Below, piece after piece: positions 15,301 through 30,604 of a stretch of DNA of 64,000 nt. This DNA is from the human T2T-CHM13v2.0 reference genome, Homo sapiens. Each line of letters begins with the position of its first letter. Positions within the stretch are counted from its first letter, which is position 1. The position numbers and the translations under genes were made by a program. Under the pieces are notes generated by a model that searched no databases, was not told where the DNA came from, and saw only the letters and a list, made by a program, of their open reading frames with translations. The DNA lies in assembly GCF_009914755.1 (NCBI RefSeq), contig NC_060940.1; one strand, given 5' to 3'.

Positions 15301-18300
15301 CATTCTATGATACCATTGGATTCCATTCAATGATGATTCCACTCAAATCCATTGGATGATTCCATTCGTGTCCATTCGGTGATTTCATTAGATTCCATTC
15401 GAGGATGATTCCATTCGATTCCATTCGATGATTCCATTCAATTCCATTCGATGATGATTCCATTCCAGTCCATATGATCATTCCATTTGATTTCATTCGA
15501 TGATGATTCCATTCGATTCGATTCGACGATTCCATTCTATTCCATTCGATGATGATTCCATTCGAGTCCATTCGATCATTCCATTCGAGTCCATTTAATG
15601 ATTCCATTGGGTTCAATTCAATGATGATTACATTGGATTCCGTTCTATGATTCCATTCAATTCCGTTCATTGACAATTTGATTCCATTCGATGATGATTC
15701 CATTTGAGTTCATTCGATGATTCTATTCGATTCTCTTCGATGGTGATTCAATTCTATTATATTGGATGATTCCATTCGATTCCATTTGATGTTGATTCAA
15801 TTCGATTCTATTCGATGATGATTCCATTGGATTTCACTTGATGATTCTATTCGATTCCATTCAATGATGATTCACTTCTCGTCCATTGGATGATTCCATT
15901 TCATTCCATTCAATGATGATTCCATTCGATTCCATTCGATGATTCCATTTGATTCCATGCGACGGTGAGCAATTCGATTCAATTCCATGATGATTCTATT
16001 TGATTCAATTAGATGATGTTTCCATTCGAATCCATTCCATGATTATTCCATTGGAATCCATTCGGCGATGATTCCATATGAGTCAATTCAATGATGATTC
16101 CATATGGGTCCGTTCGATGATAATTCCATTTGATTTCATTCGATGCTTCTATTCTATTCCAGTCGATGATGATTCCGTTGGAGTCCATACGATGATTCCA
16201 TTTGATTTCATTTGATGATGATTCCATTCGATGATGATTACATTGGATTCCATTCTATGATTCCATTCAATTCCATTCGTTGATGATTCGATTCCATTCA
16301 ATGATGATTCCATTTGAGTTCATTCGATGATTCTATTCGATTCCGTTCGATGGTGATTCAATTCTATTATATTGGATGATTCCACTCGATTCCATTTGAT
16401 GATTATTCCATTGGAGTCCACTTAGTGAATCCTTTAGATTCTACTCGACGATGATTCCATTCGAGTCCATTCGATGATACCATTCAATTCCATTCGTTGA
16501 TGCTTCCATTCAAGTGCATTCGATGATATCATTCGATTCCATTTGATGATAATTCCATTTGATTCCATGCGATGATTCTATTCGATTCCATTCAATGATA
16601 ATTCCATTCAATTCAGTGATTCCTCTGGACTCCATTTGATGATGATTCCATTCAATGATTCCATTCGATTCTATTCGAAAATGATTCCATTTGAATCCAT
16701 TTGATGATGATTCCATTAGATTCCATTTGATGATTCCATTCGATTCCATTCGACGATGATTCCATTCGATTCCGTTTGATGATTCCATTCTATTCTATTC
16801 GATGATGATTCCATTCGATTCCATTCGATGATGATTGGATTCGATTCCATTTGATGATTTCATTTGATTCCATTCGTTAATGATTTCGATCAATTCCATT
16901 CGATGATTCCATTCGATTCCATTCGATAATGATTACATCCGAGTCCATTCGATGATTCCCTTTGAGCCTGTTCGATAATTCCATTTGAGTCCAACCAATG
17001 ATTCCATTCATTTCCATTCAATGATTCCATTCGAGTCCATTTGATCATTCCGGTAGGGTCCATTCGATGTTGATTCCATTGGAGTGCATTCGATGATTCC
17101 ATTCGAGTCCATTTTAGGATTTGATTCGAGTCCTTTCGATGATTCCATTCGATTCCACTCGATGATGATTTCATTCGAGTCCATTCGACACTTCCAATCG
17201 ATTCCATTTGATGATTCCATTCGAGTCCAATTGATGATTCCATTCAATTCCATTCGATGATGATTCTGTACGATTCCATTCTGTGATGATTCCATGTGAT
17301 TGCATTCAATGATGATTCCTTTCGATTGCATTCGATTATGATTCATTTCGTGTTCATTCTATGGTTCCACAGGTTTCCATTCGTGTCCATTCCATTATTC
17401 CATTCTATTCCATTTGATGATGATTCCATTCGATTCCATTCATTGGTGATTCCACTCAATTCCATTCAATGATTCCATTCCAATTCTTTCAACAATGATT
17501 CCATTAGTTTCTAATCGATGATCCACTTGATTCCATTTGACGACGATTCCATTCTTGTCCATTCGATGATTCCATTTGATTCCATATGATGATGATTCCA
17601 TTCGATTCCATACCATGATGATTCCATTCGAGTCCATTCAATGGTGATTCCATTCAATTCCATTCGATGATTCCTTTTGATTCCATTCGATGATGATGGC
17701 ATTCGATTCCTTTCAATCATTCCCTTTGATTCCATTCAAAGGTGATTTCATTCAAGTCCATTCGATAATTGCATTCGATTCCATTCTATGATGATTCCAT
17801 TCGAGTCCATTTGATGATTCCATTCAATTCAAGTCAATGATGATTCCATTCGATTCCATTCGATGATTCCATTGGATTCCATTCGATGATGATTCCATTC
17901 AAATCCACTCGATAATTCAATTCAAGTCCATTCGATGATGATTCCAATCGAATCCATTCAAAGATTCTATTCAGTTCCATTCGATGATTCCCTTAGATTC
18001 CATTCGATGATTCCACTTGATTGCATTTACGATGATTCCATTCGATTCCATGTGATGATTCCATTCAATTCTATTCAATGATGTCTCCATTTGATTCCAT
18101 TCGAGCATGATTGCCTTTGATTCCATTCAATGATTCCATTCGGTTCCGTTTGATGATGATTCCGTTCGATTCCATTTGATGATTCCATTTGATTCCATTG
18201 GATGAGTCCATTCGATTACATTCGATGATTATTCCATTCGAGTGCATTAGATGATTCCATTCGAGTCCATTCGATGATTCCATTCGATTCCATTCGATGT

Positions 18301-18437
18301 TGATTCTGTTCAAATCCATTCGATGATTCCACTCGATTGCATTCGTTGACTCCATTTGATCCCATTCGATGATTTCCTTTGATTCCCTTTGATGATCATT
18401 CCATTTGATTCAATTCGGTGATTTCATTTGATTCCAT
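12326..18437 (+). repeat. Unit copy 3, full length 6,112 bp
   Basis: Constant offset of 12142 from copy 1 for all markers (184->12326, 2462->14604, 5929->18071). Confidence 0.93.
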
Positions 18438-21400
18438 TCAGTGATGTTTCCATTCGACTCCATTCGATGATGATTCCATTCGACTCCATTCGATTATGAT
18501 TTCATTCAATTCCATTCGATAATGATTCCCTTCGAGTCCATTCGATGATTCCATTCGATTCCATTCAACGATGATTTGATTCGTGTCCATTCGATGATTC
18601 CATTTGATTCCACTTGATGATGATTCCATTCGAGTCCATTTGATGATTCCATTCAATTCCATACTCCGATGATTTCTTTTGAGCCCACTCAATGCTTCCA
18701 CTCGATTCCATATGATGATGACTCCATTCGATGAAATTCGATGATGATTCCATTCGCTTGCTTTCGATGATGATTCCACTTGAGTCCGTTAGAAGATTCT
18801 ATTCAATTACATTCCAGGACGATTCCGTTCGAGTCCATTTGATGATTCCATTAGACTCCATTCGACGATGATTCCATTCGATGTTATTCGATGATTCCAT
18901 TCGATCTCATTCGATGATGATTCCATTCAACTCCATTCGATGTTTCCATTCGAGTTCATTCTATTATTCCATTAGATTCCATTCGATGATGATTCCATTC
19001 GATTCCATTTGATGATTGCATTCTATTTCATTTGATGATGATTCCATTCGAGTCCACTCGATGATTCCATTCGAGTCCATTTAATGAATCCATTGGTTTC
19101 AATTCTATGATGATTACATTGGATTCCATTCGTTGATGATTTCATTCGGTTCCATTCAATGATGATTCCATTCAATTCCTTTCAATGTTTCCATTCAATT
19201 CCATACGATGATGATTCCATTTGATTTGATTCGACAGTGAGCCATTCGATTCAATTCCATGATGATTCTATTTGATTCAATTGGTTGACATTTCCATTCG
19301 ATTCCATTCGATGATGATTCCCTTTGATTCCGTTCAAAGATGATTCCATTCTAGCCCATTCAATCATTCCATTCGATTCTATTCAATGATGATTCCATTC
19401 ATGTCGATTTGGTGATTCCATTTGACTTCATTTGATGATGATTCCTTTCAAGTTCATTACATGATTCCATTCGATTCCATTTGTTGATGATCCCATTCGA
19501 GTCCATTCAGTGATTCCATTCGTTTCCATTCCATGATGATTCCATTCCTTTCCATTCAATGATTCCATTCGATTCCGTTTGATGATGATTTCATTCGAGT
19601 CCATTTGATGATTCCATTTGATTCCATTCGATGATGATTCCATTCGAGTCCATTCGATGATTCTATTCGAATCCATTTGATGATTTCTTTTGATTATATT
19701 TGGTGATGATTCCATTGGAGTCCATTCAATGATTCCATTCTATTCCAATCGATGATGATTCCATTAGAGTCCATTTAATGATTCCATTTGATTCCAGTCT
19801 CTGATGATTACATTCGAGTCCATACGATGATTCCACTCAATTCCATATGATGATGATTCCATTTGATTCCATTCGGTGATTCCATTCTATTCTATTCAAT
19901 GGTGATTCCATTCGAGTACATTAGATGATTCCATTCGATTCCATTCAATGATGATTCTATTTGTGTCCCTTAGATGATTCCACATGATTCCATTAGATGA
20001 TGATACTATTTGAGCCCATCCAATGATTCCCTTCGATTCCATTCGATGAGGATTCCATTCGATTCAATTCATTGGTGATTCTATTCAATTCAATTCTTTG
20101 ATTCCATTCCATTCCATTCGACAATGATTCCATTCGATTTCTTTCGATGATTCCACTCGATTCCACTTGACATTGATTCCATTCGATTCCATTCAATGAT
20201 TCCATTTGATTCCAGTGGATGATGATTGCCATCGATTCCATTCGATCACTCCATTCTATTCCATTTGATGATGATTACATTCGATTCCATTTGATGATTC
20301 CATCTGATTCTATTCGAGGATTCCATTTGATTCCATTCGATGATGATTCCATTCGAGTCCATTCGATGATTTCATTCGAGTACATCCAATGATTCCATTC
20401 GAGTCCATTAGATGATTCCATTTGATTCCATTTGAAAATGATTCTACTAGAGTCCATTCAATGACTCCATTCGAGTCCATTCAACAATTCCATTCGACTC
20501 CATTCGATGATTCCATTCGATTCCATTTGATGGTTCCATTCGAGTCCATTTAATCATTACAGTCGAGTCCATTTGGTGATTCCACTGGATTTCTTTTGAT
20601 AATGATACCATTCAATTACATTTGATGATGATCCCATTCAACTTCATTTGATGATGATTCCATTAGAGTCCATTCGATGATTTCATTCGAGTCCCTTCAT
20701 TGATTCCATCCGATTTCATTGGATGATGACTCCATTCGAGTCCATTCGATGATTCCACTCGATTCCATTAGATGACTCCATTGGAGTCCATTTGATTGTT
20801 CCATTCGATTCCATTCGATTCCTTTCGAAGATTATTCCATTTGAGTCCATTCGATGATGATTCCATTCCATTCCATTCGATGATTCCGTTTGATTCCATT
20901 CGATGATTCCCTTCGATTCCTTTCTTTGATGATTCCATTCCATTCCATTCAATGATTCCATTCGAATCTATTCCATGATGATTCCTTTCGATTCCATTCG
21001 CTGATGTTTCTGTTCAATTCCATTCGATGATGATTCCATTCGATTCCATTCATTGAGGATTCCATTTGATTCCATTCAATGATGATTCCATTCTATTCCA
21101 TTCAATGATTGCATTCAATTCCATTCAATGATTATCCCATTAGAGTAAACTCAACGATTCCATTCAATACCATTCGATGATGATTCCTTTTGAGTCCATT
21201 CAATGATTTCATTCAAGTCCATTTGATGATTCCTTTCAATTCCATTCTATGATGATTCCATTCGAGTCCATTCGATGATTCCATTCGATTGCATTCGATG
21301 ATTCCATTATATTCCATTCAACGGTGATTCCATTCGAGTCCATTCCATGATTCCATTAGAGTACATTTAATGATTGCTTTGTTTTCAATTCGAAGATGAT

Positions 21401-24400
21401 TACATTGGATTCCATTCTATGATACCATTCGATTCCATTCAATGATGATTCCACTCAAATCCATTGGATGATTCCATTCGTGTCCATTCGGTGATTTCAT
21501 TAGATTCCATTCGAGGATGATTCCATTCGATTCCATTCGATGATTCCATTCAATTCCATTCGATGATGATTCCATTCCAGTCCATATGATCATTCCATTT
21601 GATTTCATTCGATGATGATTCCATTCGATTCCATTCGATGATTCCATTCTATTCCATTCGATGACGATTCCATTCGAGTCCATTCGATGATTCCATTCGA
21701 GTCCATTTAATGATTCCATTGGGTTCAATTCAATGATGATTACATTGGATTCCGTTCTATGATTCCATTCAATTCCGTTCATTGACAATTTGATTCCATT
21801 CGATGATGATTCCATTTGAGTTCATTCGATGATTCTATTCGATTCTCTTCGATGGTGATTCAATTCTATTATATTGGATGATTCCATTCGATTCCATTTG
21901 ATGTTGATTCAATTCGATTCTATTCGATGATGATTCCATTGGATTTCACTTGATGATTCTATTCGATTCCATTCAATGATGATTCACTTCTCGTCCATTG
22001 GATGATTCCATTTCATTCCATTCGATGATGATTCCATTCGATTCCATTCGATGATTCCATTTGATTCCATGCGACGGTGAGCAATTCGATTCAATTCCAT
22101 GATGATTCTATTTGATTCAATTAGATGATGTTTCCATTCGAATCCATTCCATGATTATTCCATTGGAATCCATTTGGCGATGATTCCATATGAGTCAATT
22201 CAATGATGATTCCATATGGGTCCGTTCGATGATAATTCCATTTGATTTCATTCGATGCTTCTATTCAATTCCAGTCGATGATGATTCCGTTGGAGTCCAT
22301 ACGATGATTCCATTTGATTTCATTTGATGATGATTCCATTCGATGATGATTACATTGGATTCCATTCTATGATTCCATTCAATTCCATTCGTTGATGATT
22401 CGATTCCATTCAATGATTCTATTCGATTCCGTTCGATGGTGATTCAATTCTATTATATTGGATGATTCCACTCGATTCCATTTGATGATTATTCCATTGG
22501 AGTCCACTTAGTGAATCCTTTAGATTCTACTCGAAGATGATTCCATTCGAGTCCATTCGATGATACCATTCAATTCCATTCATTGATGCTTCCATTCAAG
22601 TGCATTCGATGATATCATTCGATTCCATTTGATGATAATTCCATTTGATTCCATGCGATGATTCTATTCGATTCCATTCAATGATAATTCCATTCAATTC
22701 AGTGATTCCTCTGGACTCCATTTGATGATGATTCCATTCAATGATTCCATTCGATTCTATTCCAAAATGATTCCATTTGAATCCATTTGATGATGATTCC
22801 ATTAGATTCCATTTGATGATTCCATTCGATTCCATTCGACGATGATTCCATTGGATTCCGTTTGATGATTCCATTCTATTCTATTCGATGATGATTCCAT
22901 TCGATTCCATTCGATGATGATTGGATTCGATTCCATTTGATGATTTCATTTGATTCCATTCGTTAATGATTTCGATCAATTCCATTCGATGATTCCATTC
23001 GATTCCATTCGATAATGATTACATCCGAGTCCATCGATGATTCCATTTGAGCCTGTTCGATAATTCCATTTGAGTCCAACCAATGATTCCATTCATTTCC
23101 ATTCAATGATTCCATTCGAGTCCATTTGATCATTCCGGTAGGGTCCATTCGATGTTGATTCCACTGGAGTGCATTCGATGATTCCATTCGAGTCCATTTT
23201 ATGATTTGTTTCGATTCCTTTCGATGATTCCATTCGATTCCACTCGATGATGATTTCATTCGAGTCCATTCGACACTTCCAATCGATTCCATTTGATGTT
23301 TCCTTTCGAGTCCAATTGATGATTCCATTCAATTCCATTCGATGATGATTCCGTACGATTCCATTCTGTGATGATTCCATGTGATTGCATTCAATGATGA
23401 TTCCTTTCGATTGCATTCGATTATGATTCATTTCGTGTTCATTCTATGGTTCCACAGGTTTCCATTCGTGTCCATTCCATTATTCCATTCTATTCCATTT
23501 GATGATGATTCCATTCGATTCCATTCATTGGTGATTCCACTCAATTCCATTCAATGATTCCATTCCATTTCTTTCAACAATGATTCCATTAGTTTCTATT
23601 CGATGATCCACTTGATTCCATTTGACGATGATTCCATTCTTGTCCATTCGATGATTCCATTTGATTCCATATGATGATGATTCCATTCGATTCCATACCA
23701 TGATGATTCCATTCGAGTCCATTCAATGGTGATTCCATTCAATTCCATTCGATGATTCCTTTCGATTCCATTCGATGATGATGGCATTCGATTCCTTTCG
23801 ATCATTCCCTTTGATTCCATTCAAAGGTGATTTCATTCAAGTCCATTCGATAATTGCATTCGATTCCATTGTATGATGATTCCATTCGAGTTCATCTGAT
23901 GATTCCATTCAATTCAAGTCAATGATGATTCCATTCGATTCCATTCGATGATTCCATTGGATTCCATTCGATGATGATTCCATTCAAATCCATTCGATAA
24001 TTCAATTCAAGTCCATTCGATGATGATTCCAATCGAATCCATTCAAAGATTCCATTCAGTTCCATTCGATGATTCCCTTAGATTCCATTCGATGATTCCA
24101 CTTGATTCCATTTACGATGATTCCATTCGATTCCATGTGATGATTCCATTCAATTCATTTCAATGATGTTTCCATTTGATTCCATTCGACCACGATTGCC
24201 TTTGATTCCATTCAATGATTCCATTCGGTTCCTTTTGATGATGATTCCGTTCGATTCCATTTGATGATTCCATTTGATTCCATTGGATGAGTCCATTCGA
24301 TTACATTCGATGATTATTCCATTCGAGTGCATTAGATGATTCCATTCGAGTCCATTCGTTGATTCCATTCGATTCCATTTGATGTTGATTCTGTTCAAAT

Positions 24401-24522
24401 CCATTCAATGATTCCACTTGATTCCATTTAATGACTCCATTTGATCCCATTCGATGATTTCCTGTGATTCCCTTTGATGATCATTCCATTTGATTCAATT
24501 CGGTGATTTCATTTGATTCCAT
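18438..24522 (+). repeat. Unit copy 4, 6,085 bp (-26 bp near 22415, -1 bp near 23034)
   Basis: Markers at 22596 and 23093 are 26 and 27 bp earlier than expected. The deletions are visible as caatgattctattcg and gagtccatcgatg. Confidence 0.9.
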
Positions 24523-27500
24523 TCAGTGATGTTTCCATTCGACTGCATTCGATGATGATTCCATTTGACTCCATTCAATTATGATTTCATTCAATTCCAT
24601 TCGATAATGATTCCCTTCGAATCCATTCGGTGATTCCATTCGATTCCATTCAACGATGATTTGATTCGTGTCCATTCGATGATTCCATTTGATTCCACTT
24701 GATGATGATTCCAATCGAGTCCATTTGATGATTCCATTCAATTCCATTCTCCGATGATTTCTTTTGAGCCCACTCAATGCTTCCACTCGATTCCATATGA
24801 TGATGACTCCATTCGATGAAATTCGATGATGATTGCATTCGCTTGCTTTCGATGTTGATTCCACTTGAGTCCAGTAGAAGGTTCTATTCAATTACATTCC
24901 ATGACGATTCCGTTCGAGTCCATTTGATGATTCCATTAGACTCCATTCGACGATGATTCCATTCGATGTTATTCGATGATTCCATTCGATCTCATTCGAT
25001 GATGATTCCATTCAACTCCATTCGATGTTTCCATTCGAGTTCATTCTATTATTCCATTAGATTCCATTCGATGATGATTCCATTCGATTCCATTTGATGA
25101 TTGCATTCTATTTCATTTGATGATGATTCCATTCGAGTCCACTCGATGATTCCATTCGAGTCCATTTAATGAATCCATTGGTTTCAATTATATGATGATT
25201 ACATTGGATTCCATTCGTTGATGATTTCATTCGGTTCCATTCAATGATGATTCTATTCAATTCCTTACAATGTTTCCATTCAATTCCATACGATGATGAT
25301 TCCATTTGATTTGATTCGACAGTGAGCCATTCGATTCAATTCCATGATGATTCTATTTGATTCAATTGGTTGACATTTCCATTCGATACCATTCGATGAT
25401 GATTCCCTTTGATTCCATTCAAAGATGATTCCATTCTAGCCCATTCAATCATTCCATTCGATTCTATTCAATGATGATTCCATTCATGTCGATTTGGTGA
25501 TTCCATTTGACTTCATTTGATGATGATTCCTTTCAAGTTCATTAGATGATTCCATTCGATTCCATTTGATGATGATCCCATTCGAGTCCATTTGATGATT
25601 CCATTCGTTTCCATTCCATGATGATTCCATTCCATTCCATTCAATGATTCCATTCGATTCCGTTTGGTGATGATTTCATTCGAGTCCATTTGATGATTCC
25701 ATTTGATTCCATTCGATGACGATTCCATTCGAGTCCATTCGATGATTCTGTTCGAATCCATTTGATGATTTCTTTTGATTATAGTTGGTGATGATTCCAT
25801 TGGAGTCCATTCAATGATTCCATTCGATTCCAATCGATGTTGATTCCATTAGAGTCCATTTAATGATTCCATTTGATTCCAGTCTCTGATGATTACATTC
25901 GAGTCCCTACGATGATTCCACTCAATTCCATATGATGATGATTCCATTTGATTCCATTAGATGATTCCATTCGATTCCATTCAATGATGATTCTGTTTGT
26001 GTCCCTTAGATGATTCCACATGATTCCATTAGATGATGATACTATTTGAGCCCATCCAATGATTCCCTTCGATTCCATTCGATGAGGATTCCATTCGATT
26101 CAATTCATTGGTGATTCTATTCAATTCAATTCTTTGATTCCATTCCATTCCATTCGACAATGATTCCATTCGATTTCTTTCGATGATTCCACTCGATTCC
26201 ACTTGACATTGATTCCATTCGATTCCATTCAATGATTCCATTTGATTCCAGTGGATGATGATTGCCATCGATTCCATTCGATCACTCCATTCTATTCCAT
26301 TTGATGATGATTACATTCGATTCCATTTGATGATTCCATCTGATTCTATTCGAGGATTCCGTTTGATTCCTTTCGATGATGATTCCATTGGAGTCCATTC
26401 GATGATTTCATTCGAGTACATCCAATGATTCCATTCGAGTCCATTTGATGATTCCATTTGATTCCATTTGATAATGATTCTACTAGAGTCCATTCAATGA
26501 GTCCCTAGGAGTCCATTCAACAATTCCATTCGACTCCATTCGATGATTCCATTCGAGTCCATTTGATGATTCCATTCGAGTCCATTTAATCATTACAGTC
26601 AAGTCCGTTTGGTGATTCCACTGGATTTCTTTTGATAATGATACCATTCAATTACATTTGATGATGATCCCATTCAATTTCATTTGATGATGATTCCATT
26701 AGAGTCCATTCGATGATTTCATTCGAGTCCCTTCATTGATTCCATCCGATTTCATTTGATGATGACTCCATTCGAGTTCATTCGATGATTCCACTCGATT
26801 GCATTAGATGATTCCATTGGAGTCCATTTCATTGTTCCATTCGATTCCATTCGATTCCTTTCGAAGATTATTCCATTTGAGTCCATTCGATGATGATTCC
26901 ATTCCATTCCATTCGATGATTCCGTGTGATTCCATTCGATGATTCCCTTCGATTCCCTTCTTTGATGATTCCATTCCATTCCATTCAATGATTCCATTCG
27001 AACCTATTCCATGATGATTCCTTGCGATTCCATTCGCTGATGTTTCCGTTCAATTCCATTCGATGATGATTCCATTCGATTCCATTCATTGAGGATTCCA
27101 TTTGATTCCATTAAATGATGCTTCCGTTCTATTCCATTCAATGATTGCATTCAATTCCATTCAATGATTATCCCCTTAGAGTAAACTCAACGATTCCATT
27201 CAATACCATTCGATGATGATTCCTTTTGAGTCCATTCAATGATTTCATTCAAGTCCATTTGATGATTCCTTTCAATTCCATTCTATGATGATTCCATTCG
27301 AGTCCATTCGATGATTCCATTCAATTGCATTCGATGATTCCATTATATTCCAGTCAACGATGATTCCATTCGAGTCCATTCGATGATTCCATTAGAGTAC
27401 ATTTAATGATTGCTTTGTTTTCAATTCGAAGATGATTACATTGGATTCCATTCTATGATACCATTCGATTCCATTCAATGATGATTCCACTCAAATCCAT

Positions 27501-30500
27501 TGGATGATTCCATTCGTGTCCGTTCGGTGATTTCATTAGATTCCATTCGAGGATGATTCCATTCGATTCCATTCGATGATTCCATTCAATTCCATTCGAT
27601 GATGATTCCATTCCAGTCCATATGATCATTGCATTTGTTTTCATTCGATGATGATTCCATTCGATTCCATTCGATGATTCCATTCTATTCCATTCGATGA
27701 TGATTCCATTCGAGTCCATTCGATGATTCCATTCGAGTCCATTTAATGATTCCATTGGGTTCAATTCAATGATGATTACATTGGATTCCGTTCTATGATT
27801 CCATTCAATTCCGTTCATTGACAATTTGATTCCATTCGATGATGATTCCATTTGAGTTCATTCGATGACTCTATTCGATTCTCTTCGATGGTGATTCAAT
27901 TCTATTATATTGGATGATTCCATTCGATTCCATTTGATGTTGATTCAATTCGATTCTATTCGATGATGATTCCATTGGATTTCACTTGATGATTCTATTC
28001 GATTCCATTCAATGATGATTCACTTCTCGTCCATTGGATGATTCCATTTCATTCCATTCGATGATGATTCCATTCGATTCCTTTCGATGATTCCATTTGA
28101 TTCCATGCGACGGTGAGCAATTCGATTCAATTCCATGATGATTTTATTTGATTCAATTAGTTGATGTTTCTATTCGAATCCATTCCATGATTATTCCATT
28201 GGAATCCATTTGGCGATGATTCCATATGAGTCAATTCAATGATGATTCCATATGGGTCCGTTCGATGATAATTCCATTTGATTTCATTCGATGCTTCTAT
28301 TTAATTCCAGTTGATGATGATTCCGTTGGAGTCCATACGATGATTCCATTTCATTTCATTTGATGATGATTCCATTCGATGATGATTACATTGGATTCCA
28401 TTCTATGATTCCATTCAATTCCATTCGTTGATGATTCGATTCCATTCAATGATGATTCCATTTGAGTTCATTCGATGATTCTATTCGATTCCGTTTGATG
28501 GTGATTCAATTCTATTATATTGGATGATTCCACTCGATTCCATTTGATGATTATTCCATTGGAGTCCACTTAGTGAATCCTTTAGATTCTACTCGAAGAT
28601 GATTCCATTCGAGTCCATTCGATGATACCATTCAATTCCATTCGTTGATGCTTCCATTCAAGTGCATTCGATGATATCATTCCATTCCATTTGATGATAA
28701 TTCCATTTGATTCCATGCGATGATTCCATTCGATTCCATTCAATGATAATTCCATTCAATTCAGTGATTCCTCTGGACTCCATTTGATGATGATTCCATT
28801 CAATGATTCCATTCGATTCTATTCCAAAATGATTCCATTTGAATCCATTTAATGATGATTCCATTAGATTCCATTTGATGATTCCATTCGATTCCATTCG
28901 ACGATGATTCCATTCGATTCCGTTTGATGATTCCATTCTATTCTATTCGATGATGATTCCATTCGATTCCATTCGATAATGATTGGATTCGATTCCATTT
29001 GATGATTTCATTTGATTCCATTCGTTAATGATTTCGATCAACTCCATTCGATGATTCCATTTAATTCCATTCGATAATGATTACATCCGAGTCCATTCGA
29101 TGATACCATTTGAGCCCGTTCGATAATTCCATTTGAGTCCAATCAATGATTCCATTCATTTCCATTCAATGATTCCATTCGACTCCATTTGATCATTCTG
29201 GTAGGGTCCGTTCGATGTTGATTCCATTGGAGTGCATTCGATGATTCCATTCGAGTCCATTTTATGATTTGATTCGAGTCCTTTCGATGATTCCATTCGA
29301 TTCCACTCGATGATGGTTTCATTTGAGTCTATTCGACACTTCCAATCGATTCCATTTGATGTTTCCATTCGAGTCCAATTGATGATTCCATTCAATTCCA
29401 TTCGATGATGATTCCGTACGATTCCATTCTGTGATGATTCCATGTGATTGCATTCAATGATGATTCCTTTCGATTGCATTCGATTATGATTCATTTCGTG
29501 TTCATTCTATGGTTCCACAGGTTTCCATTCGATGACGTTTCCGTTCGTGTCCATTCCATTATTCCATTCTATTTCATTTGATGATGATTTCATTCGATTC
29601 CATTCATTGGTGATTCCACTCAATTCCATTCAATGATTCCATTCCATTTCTTTCAACAATGATTCCATTAGTTTCTATTCGATGATCCACTTGATTCCAT
29701 TTGGCGATGATTCCATTCGTGTCCATTCGATGATTCCATTTGATTCCATATGATGATGATTCCATTCGATTCCATACCATGATGATTCCATTCGAGTCCA
29801 TTCAATGGTGATTCCATTCAATTCCATTCGATGATTCCTTCCGATTCCATTCGATGATGATGGCATTCGATTCCTTTCAATCATTCCCTTTGATTCCATT
29901 CAAAGGTGATTTCATTCAAGTCCATTCGATAATTGCATTCGATTCCATTCTATGATGATTCCATTCGAGTCCATTTGATGATTCCATTCAATTCAAGTCA
30001 ATGATGATTCCATTCGATTCCACTCGATGATTCCATTGGATTCCATTCGATGATGATTCCATTCAAATCCATTCGATAATTCAATTCAAGTCCATTCGAT
30101 GATGATTCCAATCGAATCCATTCAAAGATTCCATTCAATTCCATTCGATGATGATTCCCTTAGATTCCATTCGATGATTCCACTTGATTCCATTTACGAT
30201 GATTCCTTTCGATTCCATGTGATGAATCCATTCAATTCTATTCAATGATGTTTCCATTTGATTCCATTGGACCATGATTGCCTTTGATTCCATTCAATGA
30301 TTCCATTCGGTTCCATTTGATGATGATTCCGTTCGATTCCATTTCATTATTCCATTTGATTCCATTGGATGAGTCCATTCGATTACATTCGATGATTATT
30401 CCATTCGAGTGCATTAGATGATTGCATTCGAGTCCATTCGATGATTCCATTCGATTCCATTCGATGTTGATTCTGTTCAAATCCATTCGATGATTCCACT

Positions 30501-30604
30501 CGATTCCATTCGATGACTCCATTTGATCCCATTCGATGATTTCCTGTGATTCCCTTTGATGATCATTCTATTTGATTCAATTCGGTGATTTCATTTCATT
30601 CCAT
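24523..30604 (+). repeat. Unit copy 5, 6,082 bp (-49, +16, +3), more diverged
   Basis: 49-bp loss near 25955, extra gatgacgtttccgttc near 29531, extra GAT near 30150. The marker arithmetic is consistent. Confidence 0.88.
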
